Positions 8,190-16,332 of a stretch of 24,000 nucleotides of DNA are shown here, in pieces (positions within the stretch are counted from its first letter, which is position 1; each line of letters opens with the position of its first letter). This stretch comes from Candidatus Woesearchaeota archaeon (GTDB lineage Archaea > Nanobdellota > Nanobdellia > Pacearchaeales > GW2011-AR1): NCBI GenBank assembly GCA_964503975.1, contig CAZDCI010000009.1:1-24000 (forward strand). The letters run 5' to 3'. A model generated the notes under the pieces. The model searched no databases, was not told the origin of the DNA, and saw only the letters and a program-made list of their open reading frames with translations. Position numbers and translations under genes: made by a program.

Positions 8190-8400
8190 ACGGGCCTTTT
8201 AGACATGGGTTAAACAACCCGAAGGGCTCAAGCGGAACGAAGTGACTTCGAGAGTTTTTCCAAAGGAAAAATTTGGAAAAACTCTGCAAAGATTTTTTGT
8301 TTAAGCCTTGTTATGTCTTCCGAGGACTTTAGCCCGAGAGCCTGTAAGGGTGTTACCGAAAAAATCTTTGATTTTTCGAGAAATTATGACGGCCAAATTT
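8190..8400. ncRNA. Candidate structured non-coding RNA of unknown class, in a locally GC-enriched intergenic region
   Basis: No ORF. Perfect 14-bp hairpin: 8251-8264 pairs with 8272-8285, loop ggaaaaa. Small hairpins gggtt-aaac-aaccc and cgaag-tga-cttcg. Long-range 8-of-9 pairing of gggctcaag (8224-8232) with ctttagccc (8327-8335). GC is clearly above the flanks by eye. Strand undetermined. Confidence 0.3.
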
Positions 8401-8462
8401 AAGGTTGAGGAAAGATGTGGTTAATAGAAAATTATAAAAGTATTTAAAATCTTTTAATTGAA

Positions 8463-9188
8463 ATGGTTCAGGAATATTCAGTAAAAAATAAAGAATTTCT
8501 TAAGAATAGGACATACTATGAAAAAATACCGAAACATGTTCTTCTTTTGCCTGATGGTGGGAGAAGATTTGGTTATAAAAGAAAATTAAGTGACATGGAA
8601 ATTTATGACATTGGACAAAAAATCTGTCAAGATTTTGTAGAAGTTTGCTTAAATGAATTTCAAATGAAACTTGCCACAATCTTCTTCTTAAGACCTTCTT
8701 CTTTTAATATGCAAAGAAGAACTGAAGGCAATCTTAAGGCAATTTTAATCGCAATAAATAAATTTGCGAAAAATCTTTTAGAGGGTAAAACAGAAATTGA
8801 TTTATCAAAGGTAGGAGTAGATACAATATCTTTGGCGGGTGAAGAATGGATGGCTAAACCTTCCAGAATAAAAGAATCGGAAGAACTTTCAAAGCTATGG
8901 GAGGGTTTAAAAGCAACTATGACAAAATTAAAAGAAAAGGGCAGGAAAAAACAAAATATAATATTCTTATTAAATTATTCTGGGAAAAAGGAATTGGATA
9001 AAGATTTGAAAAATGGGAAAATTCAAATTCCTGAACAAATTGGTTTAGCCATCAGAACAGGAGATGGGATGCGATTGAGTGATTGTCCTTTGTATGCCTT
9101 ATCTCATACTCATTTTTGCTTAATTAAAAAATTCTTGCCGGAAGTTACAAAAGAAGATTTTAGGAATTCTATCTCAAAATATTATTAA
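8463..9188 (+). CDS. Divergent cis-prenyltransferase (UppS/DHDDS fold)
   Basis: Collinear with UppS motifs: KHVLLLPDGGRRFG (vs HVAIIMDGNGRWA), PSSFNMQRR (vs FSSENWNRP), NYSGKKEL (vs NYGGRWDI), IRTGDGMRLSD (vs IRTGGEHRISN). Several catalytic positions are substituted. Confidence 0.7.
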   Translation: MVQEYSVKNKEFLKNRTYYEKIPKHVLLLPDGGRRFGYKRKLSDMEIYDIGQKICQDFVEVCLNEFQMKLATIFFLRPSSFNMQRRTEGNLKAILIAINKFAKNLLEGKTEIDLSKVGVDTISLAGEEWMAKPSRIKESEELSKLWEGLKATMTKLKEKGRKKQNIIFLLNYSGKKELDKDLKNGKIQIPEQIGLAIRTGDGMRLSDCPLYALSHTHFCLIKKFLPEVTKEDFRNSISKYY

Positions 9189-9272
9189 TTACCTCTTTGG
9201 ACGAGGGTTAATAAATAAGTCATCATAATTCGACTTAATATTGGTTAAAATCCTCAGTTTTTTATCCTTTCC

Positions 9273-10217
9273 TCATACGACTTGTTCTAGACTTTTGGCT
9301 TTTAACATGAATAAATAATCTAACAATGGGGAGCCAAAATATAAGTTCCCTCTTCTCCTTCTAAATAAAGCGTGCATTTTGTCAGAATCCTCAAGGTGTT
9401 GTAATTGTTCTCTTGAAGGTGTTTCCCCTAAGTTTCTTAGAGATAAAAGGTTTAAGGATGCTTCAAGTGAGTTTTTTGGTTTTAAAATGTGCGCTTTTTC
9501 TTTAACTCTGTCAATAGTCTCCCCATCAAAATACCCTTTAACTTTTTGAATTGTTGAGAAAGGATATGAAAAAGAGCTTCTGTACAGATAGTACCTAGAC
9601 ACATCTTCAATTGGTTTGTCAAACAAATCCGAATTCACAAACCTTTCCAGTGTTTTTGCTAATAAATGTTCGTTTTTAGTATCTCTACAAAGGGCCAGTG
9701 TCTGAAGAGCATTCACATTTACTACAAAATCTATTGAGTTTCCACCGCCCCTGTTCATAAACGTTGGAAGGATGGTTTCTCCCTCGGAAACCCATACACC
9801 ATAATATTTCGCAAGGTTAGAGTAATTTCTTTTTAATTCTCCCGACGAATCTCTATTACTTATTACTAAGGCCCTTACAGCTACCGCTGTGTCATCAAAA
9901 TCAGGAGGGTATTGAAAATCATTAAAAGGTGGGACAAACCTCCACACTTGAAAACCTTCATATTTCTCCCCTAAATTTAACAACGCCTTCTTGGCCAGTT
10001 CCGCTCTTTTTTGTATTAAGGGTTCGTCAAAACCATAAAGTTGTTCTAGGATAAGGGAATGGATGAAAGGGCTTTCTATGTTTCCTTCGGGTTTAATTTC
10101 TAAATTCCCCGACGGATGTGTGGAATAGTAACTTCTAAAAAGGCCACCCTCTGACTGGTTTTCTTCTATAAGTCGTCTAAGCTTTCTTTGATCTACCATA
10201 TAAATTTCCCAAAGCAT
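9273..10217 (-). CDS. Squalene-hopene-cyclase-like class II terpene cyclase homologue, single alpha/alpha-toroid domain (314 aa)
   Basis: GFQVWRFVPPFNDFQYPPDFDDTAVAVRAL aligns with Alicyclobacillus SHC GGFAFQFDNVYYPDVDDTAVVVWAL, which contains the catalytic DxDDTA. Upstream, SPFIHSLILEQL resembles SPVWDTGLAVLAL. The start could instead be the second Met (MVDQRK). Confidence 0.6.
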   Translation of the reverse strand: MLWEIYMVDQRKLRRLIEENQSEGGLFRSYYSTHPSGNLEIKPEGNIESPFIHSLILEQLYGFDEPLIQKRAELAKKALLNLGEKYEGFQVWRFVPPFNDFQYPPDFDDTAVAVRALVISNRDSSGELKRNYSNLAKYYGVWVSEGETILPTFMNRGGGNSIDFVVNVNALQTLALCRDTKNEHLLAKTLERFVNSDLFDKPIEDVSRYYLYRSSFSYPFSTIQKVKGYFDGETIDRVKEKAHILKPKNSLEASLNLLSLRNLGETPSREQLQHLEDSDKMHALFRRRRGNLYFGSPLLDYLFMLKAKSLEQVV

Positions 10218-10257
10218 AAACTTTTAAAGCTAAGTTGTTAGTTAAACTTACAACAAA

Positions 10258-10971
10258 ATGGAACTATTAAATAAACTTGGGAAAGCTGGTTTAACGGGGA
10301 ATGAAGCTAAACTTTATCTTGGATTGTTGAAAAAAGGTCAATGTTCTGCAAATGAATTATCTAAGCTTGCGAGCATGGACAGAACATTAACTTATCAGGT
10401 ATTAGACAATCTTAAAGAAAAAGGGCTTGTTTCTTACATTATTAAAAACAATAAAAAATATTTCAAAGCTTCTGCACCGAAAACATTACTTAATCCTGTG
10501 AAAGAGAAAGAGAGATTTGTTGGCTCTCTTGTTTCTGAACTGGAAAATGTTGAAAAAACTGAAAAAACAGACCAGGAAATCAGGGTTTACGAAGGAAAAC
10601 ATGGTCTAAAGGTATTTTTTGAAGAGATAATAAGTAAAAAAGGTGTTTTAATTTTTGGTGCTACTGGTAAAAGTTACGATATCCTAAAGTTTGAGTTGCC
10701 TCACTTAATTGAAAAGGCTAAAAAGTTAGGTATGAAAGGAAAAATGATTACAAGTAAAAAACTGAAAGGTCATGAAATGACTAAAATATCTGGATTGGAA
10801 ATACGTTATCTTGAAGAAGTCGGAAGCCCTTCTACAACGACTATTTATGGGAATAAGGTGGGTATACATGTTCCTACTGATAAGCCCACAATAATCATCA
10901 TTAGAAACAAGGACATCGCTCAAAGTTACAGGGAATATTTTGATGTTCTGTGGTGTGCTGCAAAAAAATAA
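10258..10971 (+). CDS. TrmB-family transcriptional regulator
   Basis: The N-terminal LGKAGLTGNEAKLYLGLLKKGQCSANELSKLASMDRTLTYQVLDNLKEKGLV is the TrmB wHTH signature. A coiled linker and C-terminal effector-like domain follow. Confidence 0.8.
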   Translation: MELLNKLGKAGLTGNEAKLYLGLLKKGQCSANELSKLASMDRTLTYQVLDNLKEKGLVSYIIKNNKKYFKASAPKTLLNPVKEKERFVGSLVSELENVEKTEKTDQEIRVYEGKHGLKVFFEEIISKKGVLIFGATGKSYDILKFELPHLIEKAKKLGMKGKMITSKKLKGHEMTKISGLEIRYLEEVGSPSTTTIYGNKVGIHVPTDKPTIIIIRNKDIAQSYREYFDVLWCAAKK

Positions 10972-11031
10972 AAGAGGGGGTTTGTGAAAGCCTTCCGTGA
11001 GGTTTAAAACCTTTATTTGTTTTCTGAATAA

Positions 11032-11982
11032 ATGAAACACTTAACTAAAAAAGAGTTGAAAATTTTAAGTGAAAGGTATTGTTTAGATAAAATAAAAAGT
11101 TGGAAATATCTAAAATCCGGGAGAATTAATTATCTTTTTGAAATCAAAACAAGGAAAAATGTTTATATTGTTAAAAAACTGGGTTACGGCTTGGGAAGCT
11201 GGCAAATGAATAAAAAAGGTATGGAGTTTGGAGTCCTTGACCATTTAACAAAAAAAGAGTACCCTTATCGCACACCGAATTTTTTGAAAAATAAATATGG
11301 AAATAGGGTTTCTAAAATAGGTAAAAATCACTTTGAGGTATATGAAAAAATTCCTGGAAAAACAATTAAAGATTTAGGTGAAAAACAATTAAAAAAACTG
11401 GTTAAAGCCATAGCCCTTTACCATGAAGCTGTTAGAGATTACAAAATACCTAAAAAATTTTCATGGGTTGACGACTTTTCTTGGATGAAAAGCCCCTACA
11501 AAAAATTAAAAAAAGTAAAACCTAAAACAAAAACAGATTGCTTAGTGGTGGACAATTTGGATTTTTTTGAAAGATTATTTGAAGAATTGTTAAAGACAAA
11601 TATTGTGGAAGATCCTTTAATGACTCATGGGGATTTCAACAAAGAGAACTTACTTTGGGAAGATGATGGATTAATTGGGATTCTTGATTTTGAAAACATC
11701 TCTTACAGGCCAAAGCTTTTTGATTTGGCTTATGTTTGGAAAGGCGATAAAAAACAGAGAAAAATAATCCTTAGTGAATATAAAAAGCACGGCACATTGT
11801 CAAAAAAAGAGGAAGAAAATTTGATTGTATTCAGACTTTTTCAGTATTGTAGCCAGTTTTGGTGGAGATATCTTGGATTAGAAAAACGGCCCGATTTAAA
11901 ATACAAGGACCTTTCAAGAGCAATAAAGAAAGCAAAAAAACTTGCAAAAGCCTGGGAAAAAAGCTTCAAATGTTTGCCTTAA
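11032..11982 (+). CDS. Aminoglycoside/choline-kinase-family (APH fold) small-molecule kinase
   Basis: The catalytic loop HGDFNKENLLW (HxDxxxxN) and metal-binding IGILDFENISY are characteristic of the phosphotransferase enzyme family. Confidence 0.75.
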   Translation: MKHLTKKELKILSERYCLDKIKSWKYLKSGRINYLFEIKTRKNVYIVKKLGYGLGSWQMNKKGMEFGVLDHLTKKEYPYRTPNFLKNKYGNRVSKIGKNHFEVYEKIPGKTIKDLGEKQLKKLVKAIALYHEAVRDYKIPKKFSWVDDFSWMKSPYKKLKKVKPKTKTDCLVVDNLDFFERLFEELLKTNIVEDPLMTHGDFNKENLLWEDDGLIGILDFENISYRPKLFDLAYVWKGDKKQRKIILSEYKKHGTLSKKEEENLIVFRLFQYCSQFWWRYLGLEKRPDLKYKDLSRAIKKAKKLAKAWEKSFKCLP

Positions 11983-12108
11983 AGAACAACATTTATTCTC
12001 AAAACACCGAATACAGCTAACGTACATTAACTAAATCCCCAATTATGTTGTAACTTTATAGTAACATAGAATAGAAATATTTATAAGTGATAAAACCACT
12101 TTATTTAT

Positions 12109-12378
12109 ATGGATAATAGAGATTATTTTGCGTTGGGATTTGAAATGGGGAGAAATTTAGGAATGTCTGAAGGAAACAGAGAGCCAACAGCTTCAGATTT
12201 AGAGGATTTAAAATATAGTATTCTAAGAGAACCGGGAGAAGAGGTAGCATTTCACTACCTTCCGGGCAAACATTCAAATATGGAATGGTTTGAGATTATT
12301 AAAATGCCTGAAGGAGAAGGTAATTTTAGAGTTGGAAAAATAAATTCTGACGGAGCAGGGTTTAGAGGGATTCATTAA
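12109..12378 (+). CDS. Hypothetical protein
   Basis: 89-aa ORF with balanced composition. It is followed 1 nt later by the next ORF, suggesting co-transcription. Confidence 0.4.
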   Translation: MDNRDYFALGFEMGRNLGMSEGNREPTASDLEDLKYSILREPGEEVAFHYLPGKHSNMEWFEIIKMPEGEGNFRVGKINSDGAGFRGIH

Positions 12379-12379
12379 A

Positions 12380-12664
12380 ATGGATGAAGGATACAAAGAT
12401 TTCTTGAGAGAAGCCGCTTATTTTGGTTTGAATTCTGAAGAAAGGTTCATGGCAGATAATTTTTATGAAAGAATAAAAGATAAGTCTCCGGAAGTTATTG
12501 AAAGATATGAAAGAAGATTCTTGACTCCAAAAAACTTTTTTGGAAAATTAATGTTTTATTTTAATCAAAAGGCCAGGGTTAAATCTCATGCTGTATCAAA
12601 ATTTAAAACGGAAAATTTTATCAGGAACCAGGAAAGGAGAACGAGTGAAGCAAAAGAAATTTAA
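12380..12664 (+). CDS. Hypothetical protein
   Basis: 94-aa ORF tightly coupled to 12109-12378. No recognisable motif. Confidence 0.4.
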   Translation: MDEGYKDFLREAAYFGLNSEERFMADNFYERIKDKSPEVIERYERRFLTPKNFFGKLMFYFNQKARVKSHAVSKFKTENFIRNQERRTSEAKEI

Positions 12665-12903
12665 GGGCAAGGTTTAGCAGACGTCGTTTCGGGCTGAGAG
12701 AACGCCAAAAACACCGACTACCGGTAATATACCTTATACGAACCTTTTACGTGTAAAATTACCTTTTCAGGTAAATTAGCGTTTTTTCAGCGTGTTTTTT
12801 GAATTTCATAGGGTTTACCCTTAAGGATTTTTGTAAAATTTTTTGACGAAACCCAGATTTTTGATTTTGTTGTTCACTAAGATTAGCTTTGTTTTAGCTT
12901 TGT

Positions 12904-13086
12904 TCAAATAAGGGTGAGCTCGCTCATTTTCGTGTTTGGGTCTAAAAATTTGAGTTCAAGGGTTCCTTGTCTGATTTCTTTTCCTGAAAGATTTTCTATT
13001 TTGTTTTCAGAAACAAAATAAAGCTCTCCTGTTTGCTTGTCTCTGTAAAAACCTTGCTCTGGGGTCCCGTCAGATAAAGCCACCAC
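12904..13086 (-). CDS. Hypothetical 60-aa ORF, possibly a gene fragment
   Basis: The composition is protein-like (GTPEQGFYRDKQTGELYFVSENK), but the only available start is a GTG immediately after an in-frame stop. Confidence 0.2.
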   Translation of the reverse strand: MVALSDGTPEQGFYRDKQTGELYFVSENKIENLSGKEIRQGTLELKFLDPNTKMSELTLI

Positions 13087-13180
13087 ATGCCCCCATACCT
13101 AATTACCGAAACAATCATTTCTAGAAAAAACTGATTTTGTTTTTATTAATTTAGAATTACTTTTGAATGAATCAAAAATA

Positions 13181-13462
13181 TTAATAATTTTCAGGACTGT
13201 CTTTCAGAAAGTGTGAAATAAGGTAAACTAAGAGCACGCTCAAAATTGTGATAAATAATGAAGTGAGTATACTTAAGGTTGTGGAGCTTTCAACATGCAC
13301 AAAAAACCGCACTAAAGATTTCGAGGCATCAAATATTGTTTGTCTCCAAGTGAAAGCAATCGTGAACCCCAAAGTAACTATTATTAGTAAGCGTATTTCT
13401 CTTCGGAACTCTTTCCTAAATCTGTTTCCCTCACGTATTGAGCGTTTAATCTTCTTTTTCAT
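13181..13462 (-). CDS. Small two-helix membrane protein
   Basis: A basic N-terminus is followed by two hydrophobic segments, LLIIVTLGFTIAFTW and TLSILTSLFITILSVLLVYLI. A 7-bp inverted repeat atttccg-N10-cggaaat (13495-13518) lies upstream. Confidence 0.6.
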   Translation of the reverse strand: MKKKIKRSIREGNRFRKEFRREIRLLIIVTLGFTIAFTWRQTIFDASKSLVRFFVHVESSTTLSILTSLFITILSVLLVYLISHFLKDSPENY

Positions 13463-13566
13463 TAAAATGGATTAAAGATGTTTGATTTATAAAGATTTCC
13501 GGAAAACTTCACGGAAATTTTTTGTATTAATTTAGTTTTTAGCGGGGATTGTGCACTAAGATAACC

Positions 13567-13770
13567 TTAGTTAAAGAGGTTGTTTGTGTGTTTGCCGGGT
13601 GTTTGCTGGGTGTTTGTTGGGTGTTTGGCTGTCCAAAAAACAAACAGGCTGTTTGTGGCTGTCCAAACAGGCTGTTTTTGCTGTTTGTTTGGTGTTTTTC
13701 GACACGTTTTTGGGTATTTTTTGTGCTGAAAGAGGTATCTCTTTGATTTTTGTCTTTTTTCCTTTTTTTG
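13567..13770 (-). pseudogene. Probable remnant of a third paralogue of the coiled-coil/wHTH family (linker portion only)
   Basis: The reverse frame reads ...QKKEKRQKSKRYLFQHKKYPKTCRKTPNKQQKQPVWTATN... This parallels EKKEKNIQKHPNKQQKQPVWTST in the 14717-15466 protein. There is no wHTH portion, and it overlaps the promoter and 5' region of the plus-strand gene. Confidence 0.35.
13597..13699. repeat. GT-rich repeat block: three tandem 11-12-nt gggtgtttgNt units (13597-13630), palindromes caaacaggctgtttg (13641-13655) and caaacaggctgtttt (13664-13678), and copy 1 of a 39/40-nt direct repeat (13661-13699)
   Basis: Read directly from the sequence. Copy 2 of the direct repeat is at 15270-15309: 32 identical nt, a one-G indel, then 7 identical nt. 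Confidence 0.8.
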
Positions 13771-13825
13771 CAAATTGTCGTCGGAAAACACAAAGTATTT
13801 AAACTTGAAAAAACAAAATAATAGT

Positions 13826-14443
13826 ATGTTTTGGCTGTTTACCGGAAAAAAAGAAGTAAAGAAATTAAAAGAGGACACAAAAAAAGGTTTTGAGGGTGTC
13901 AAAAAAGATATTAATTCTATTGGGGAGTGGATTAAACACCTTGATTCTGAAAAAGAATTGCATAAAGAAGATATTTCTGAGTTAAAAGACACTTTATCGA
14001 CGATAAATGATGAATTAGAAAATCTAAAAAATGTTGTCACAATGATGAATGAGCTCAAACCCAAACAGGCTGTCCAAACAGCCAACAGGCTGTCCAAAAA
14101 ACAAACACCTGTTTATGCTGTCCAAACAGCTGTCCAAACAGCTGTCCAAACACCAAATTTTGACCAATTTTCAACAACTGAAAAAGCGGTGCTTTGGATT
14201 CTGCTAAACTCTGACATAAAATTGAGTTATGATGATCTTGCGGCTATGCTGGGAAAAGAGAGGTCTACAATAAGGGGACAAGTAAACTCAATAAGACAAA
14301 AAAGTGAGGGACTTATTGATGAAGTGATGGAAGAAAATGGTCGGAAAAGACTCTTCGTTCCTGAAGAAATTAAAGAAAAGCTGATGAAAAAGGCGAAAGT
14401 GGGTGTTAACAAGAGTAAAAAGAATAAAAAACGTAAGAAATAA
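13826..14443 (+). CDS. Coiled-coil, repeat linker, C-terminal wHTH protein (paralogue A)
   Basis: ATG at 13826 with a TATA-like aaagtatttaaac about 25-30 nt upstream; the track start at 13775 is a TTG. The N-terminal FEGVKKDINSIGEWIKHL parallels FGKIKEDMNSLNTEVKIL of paralogue B. The C-terminal TEKAVLWILL...SYDDLAAMLGKERSTIRGQVNSIRQK is a wHTH. Confidence 0.65.
   Translation: MFWLFTGKKEVKKLKEDTKKGFEGVKKDINSIGEWIKHLDSEKELHKEDISELKDTLSTINDELENLKNVVTMMNELKPKQAVQTANRLSKKQTPVYAVQTAVQTAVQTPNFDQFSTTEKAVLWILLNSDIKLSYDDLAAMLGKERSTIRGQVNSIRQKSEGLIDEVMEENGRKRLFVPEEIKEKLMKKAKVGVNKSKKNKKRKK
14117..14152 (+). repeat. Perfect 3x 12-nt tandem repeat gctgtccaaaca (encodes AVQT x3), with degenerate copies back to 14062
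   Basis: Read directly. Junctions between units create the 8-bp palindrome acagctgt. Confidence 0.9.
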
Positions 14444-14707
14444 AGGATTTTTCGCTTGTAAAAAACACGAAAGTGAGAGTTAACACTTGTGTATTTTTCA
14501 GAATTTTTGGATGTTTTTAAAAGAATTTAGAAAAAAGTGAGGTAAAAAGAGTTTTTTATAAAAAATAACACGAAAACTAGAAAAGTGAGGTTAACAAAAT
14601 ACTCTTTTTTAGGGCTTTAAAAAGGTGAAAATGGGGTTTTCGGATTTTGGTGCTGAAAAAGGACATCTAAAAAAACATTTTTAAAAAGATATTCGGTGAG
14701 GAGAAAA
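14396..14707. repeat. Iteron-like dispersed repeats AAAGTGRG(N)GTTAACA between the convergent paralogues
   Basis: Copies at 14396-14413 (aaagtgggtgttaacaag, at the end of the CDS), 14470-14485, 14534-14547 (variant), 14582-14596, and a weak one at 14694-14707. Units at 14464-14485 and 14567-14596 share the prefix aacacgaaa and differ by an 8-nt insertion. A separate motif gtgctgaaaRaggWNatct occurs at 13723-13740 and 14650-14668. Confidence 0.7.
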
Positions 14708-14716
14708 ACCTATAAA

Positions 14717-15466
<750 letters not shown>

Positions 15467-15524
15467 ATCTTAAAAATAAGAGTGTAAGTATAAAAGGTTT
15501 GATGTGATTTAATATGTGTTTTAT

Positions 15525-15794
15525 TTAGTAGTTATGTTGTTTATAGGCTTTGTAAGCTTCTTTGGTTAGCTGCCATCTGACCCTTCTAGAGTATTCAATC
15601 CCTTTAGGGTTTTTGCGCACGTCTTTGACGAGAAACTTTTTTTTCAAATCCAAAAGAAGTTTTTTTGTAAATTCTTCGTCTCTTGCTATTTCTTGAGCTA
15701 TGTGAGAAGTGAATTTTGTTTGGGGAGATACTGAAAAAAGGTACGCAAGAATCTGTTCGTATATCTTCTCTTTTTTTTTGTCTGAAATGCGCAT
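15525..15794 (-). CDS. Small winged-helix DNA-binding protein
   Basis: 89 aa. FTSHIAQEIARDEEFTKKLLLDLKKKFLVKDV followed by the wing KGIEYSRRVRWQLT is a wHTH layout. Confidence 0.55.
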   Translation of the reverse strand: MRISDKKKEKIYEQILAYLFSVSPQTKFTSHIAQEIARDEEFTKKLLLDLKKKFLVKDVRKNPKGIEYSRRVRWQLTKEAYKAYKQHNY

Positions 15795-15846
15795 TAAAAG
15801 AAGAGGTTATTTGATTTTAAAATACTTACTGACTTACCTATCATTG

Positions 15847-16251
15847 TTATTTCTTTTTGAAAGAAGGCATAGGAATATGGAAGGGTAAATTAAGTTCGTC
15901 TTCAAGTTCAAGGGCTTTAAGTGAAGATTTTTTAAGAATGATATTGAAAACCGATAACCTGAATTCTTCTGAAAGTTTTTTCTTCTTCCAGTCTTTGAGG
16001 ATTTGTTTGGCTTTTTTTTGTTCTGTCTGAAAGATTATTGCTCCTTCTATTTTAATTTTAGCAAAATCGGGTTTATAATCTACATTATAAACAAAACGCA
16101 CCTCAAGAACTTCGTCTTTCCCTTTGAAAAGATCCGTATCTAATTTCTTTATGTTTGAAACGTCCATTTCAGTATTTATTTTTAAATCCTTGCCTTTGCT
16201 TTCTAATTTTTCTGCGCTGATTTTATTGAAATTAAACCCTATTGCTTTCAT
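15847..16251 (-). CDS. Hypothetical protein
   Basis: 134-aa ORF with balanced composition, on the same strand as its neighbours. No motif that I can name with confidence. Confidence 0.45.
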   Translation of the reverse strand: MKAIGFNFNKISAEKLESKGKDLKINTEMDVSNIKKLDTDLFKGKDEVLEVRFVYNVDYKPDFAKIKIEGAIIFQTEQKKAKQILKDWKKKKLSEEFRLSVFNIILKKSSLKALELEDELNLPFHIPMPSFKKK

Positions 16252-16332
16252 ATTAAATAAATAAATAAAACAGTTTTTAAAGTTTTGGTGTGGAGAAAAT
16301 AAATATGTTTTTACTGATTTTACTGATTAAAA

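Noticed and set aside
8190-8420. RNase P RNA or SRP RNA assignment for the structured intergenic region. The hints were gaggaaag, cctgtaagggtg, cccgaagggctcaagc, and aaagtcc on the minus strand.
   Set aside because: The conserved-region-like strings are in the wrong order or orientation for RNase P. The helix-8 GNAR/AGCA signature of SRP RNA is not reproduced. The region is kept only as an unclassified ncRNA candidate.
10726-11040. Minus-strand 104-aa ORF overlapping the TrmB gene end and the kinase start; also 5331-5516 and 13248-13475.
   Set aside because: No motifs, poor composition, and overlap with better-supported genes or promoter regions.
12690-12745. TPP (THI-box) riboswitch-like strings GGCTGAGA and CCGGTAATATACC.
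   Set aside because: The expected P2/P3 helices, the ACCC partner, the closing P5 stem and the GCG...GGGA elements cannot be formed. There is also no downstream gene on that strand to regulate.
13495-13518. Inverted repeat atttccg-N10-cggaaat considered as a mini-ORB origin box.
   Set aside because: It shares only TTCC/GGAA with the ORB core and lacks the GAAAT-N-GGTGTG extension and the G-string. It is more simply a promoter-proximal operator for the 13181-13462 membrane-protein gene.
13539-14097. Long minus-strand ORFs 13567-14097 and 13539-13793, and plus-strand ORFs 13549-13746 and 13584-13802, as intact genes.
   Set aside because: They stay open mainly because the GT/CA-skewed repeat DNA lacks stop codons. 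The part opposite paralogue A is antisense junk. Only the 13567-13770 portion shows paralogue-like sequence, and that is reported as a remnant.
14396-14707. CRISPR array interpretation of the iterated motifs.
   Set aside because: The repeats are only about 15 nt, imperfect and irregularly spaced, and no cas genes are adjacent. This is not CRISPR-like.
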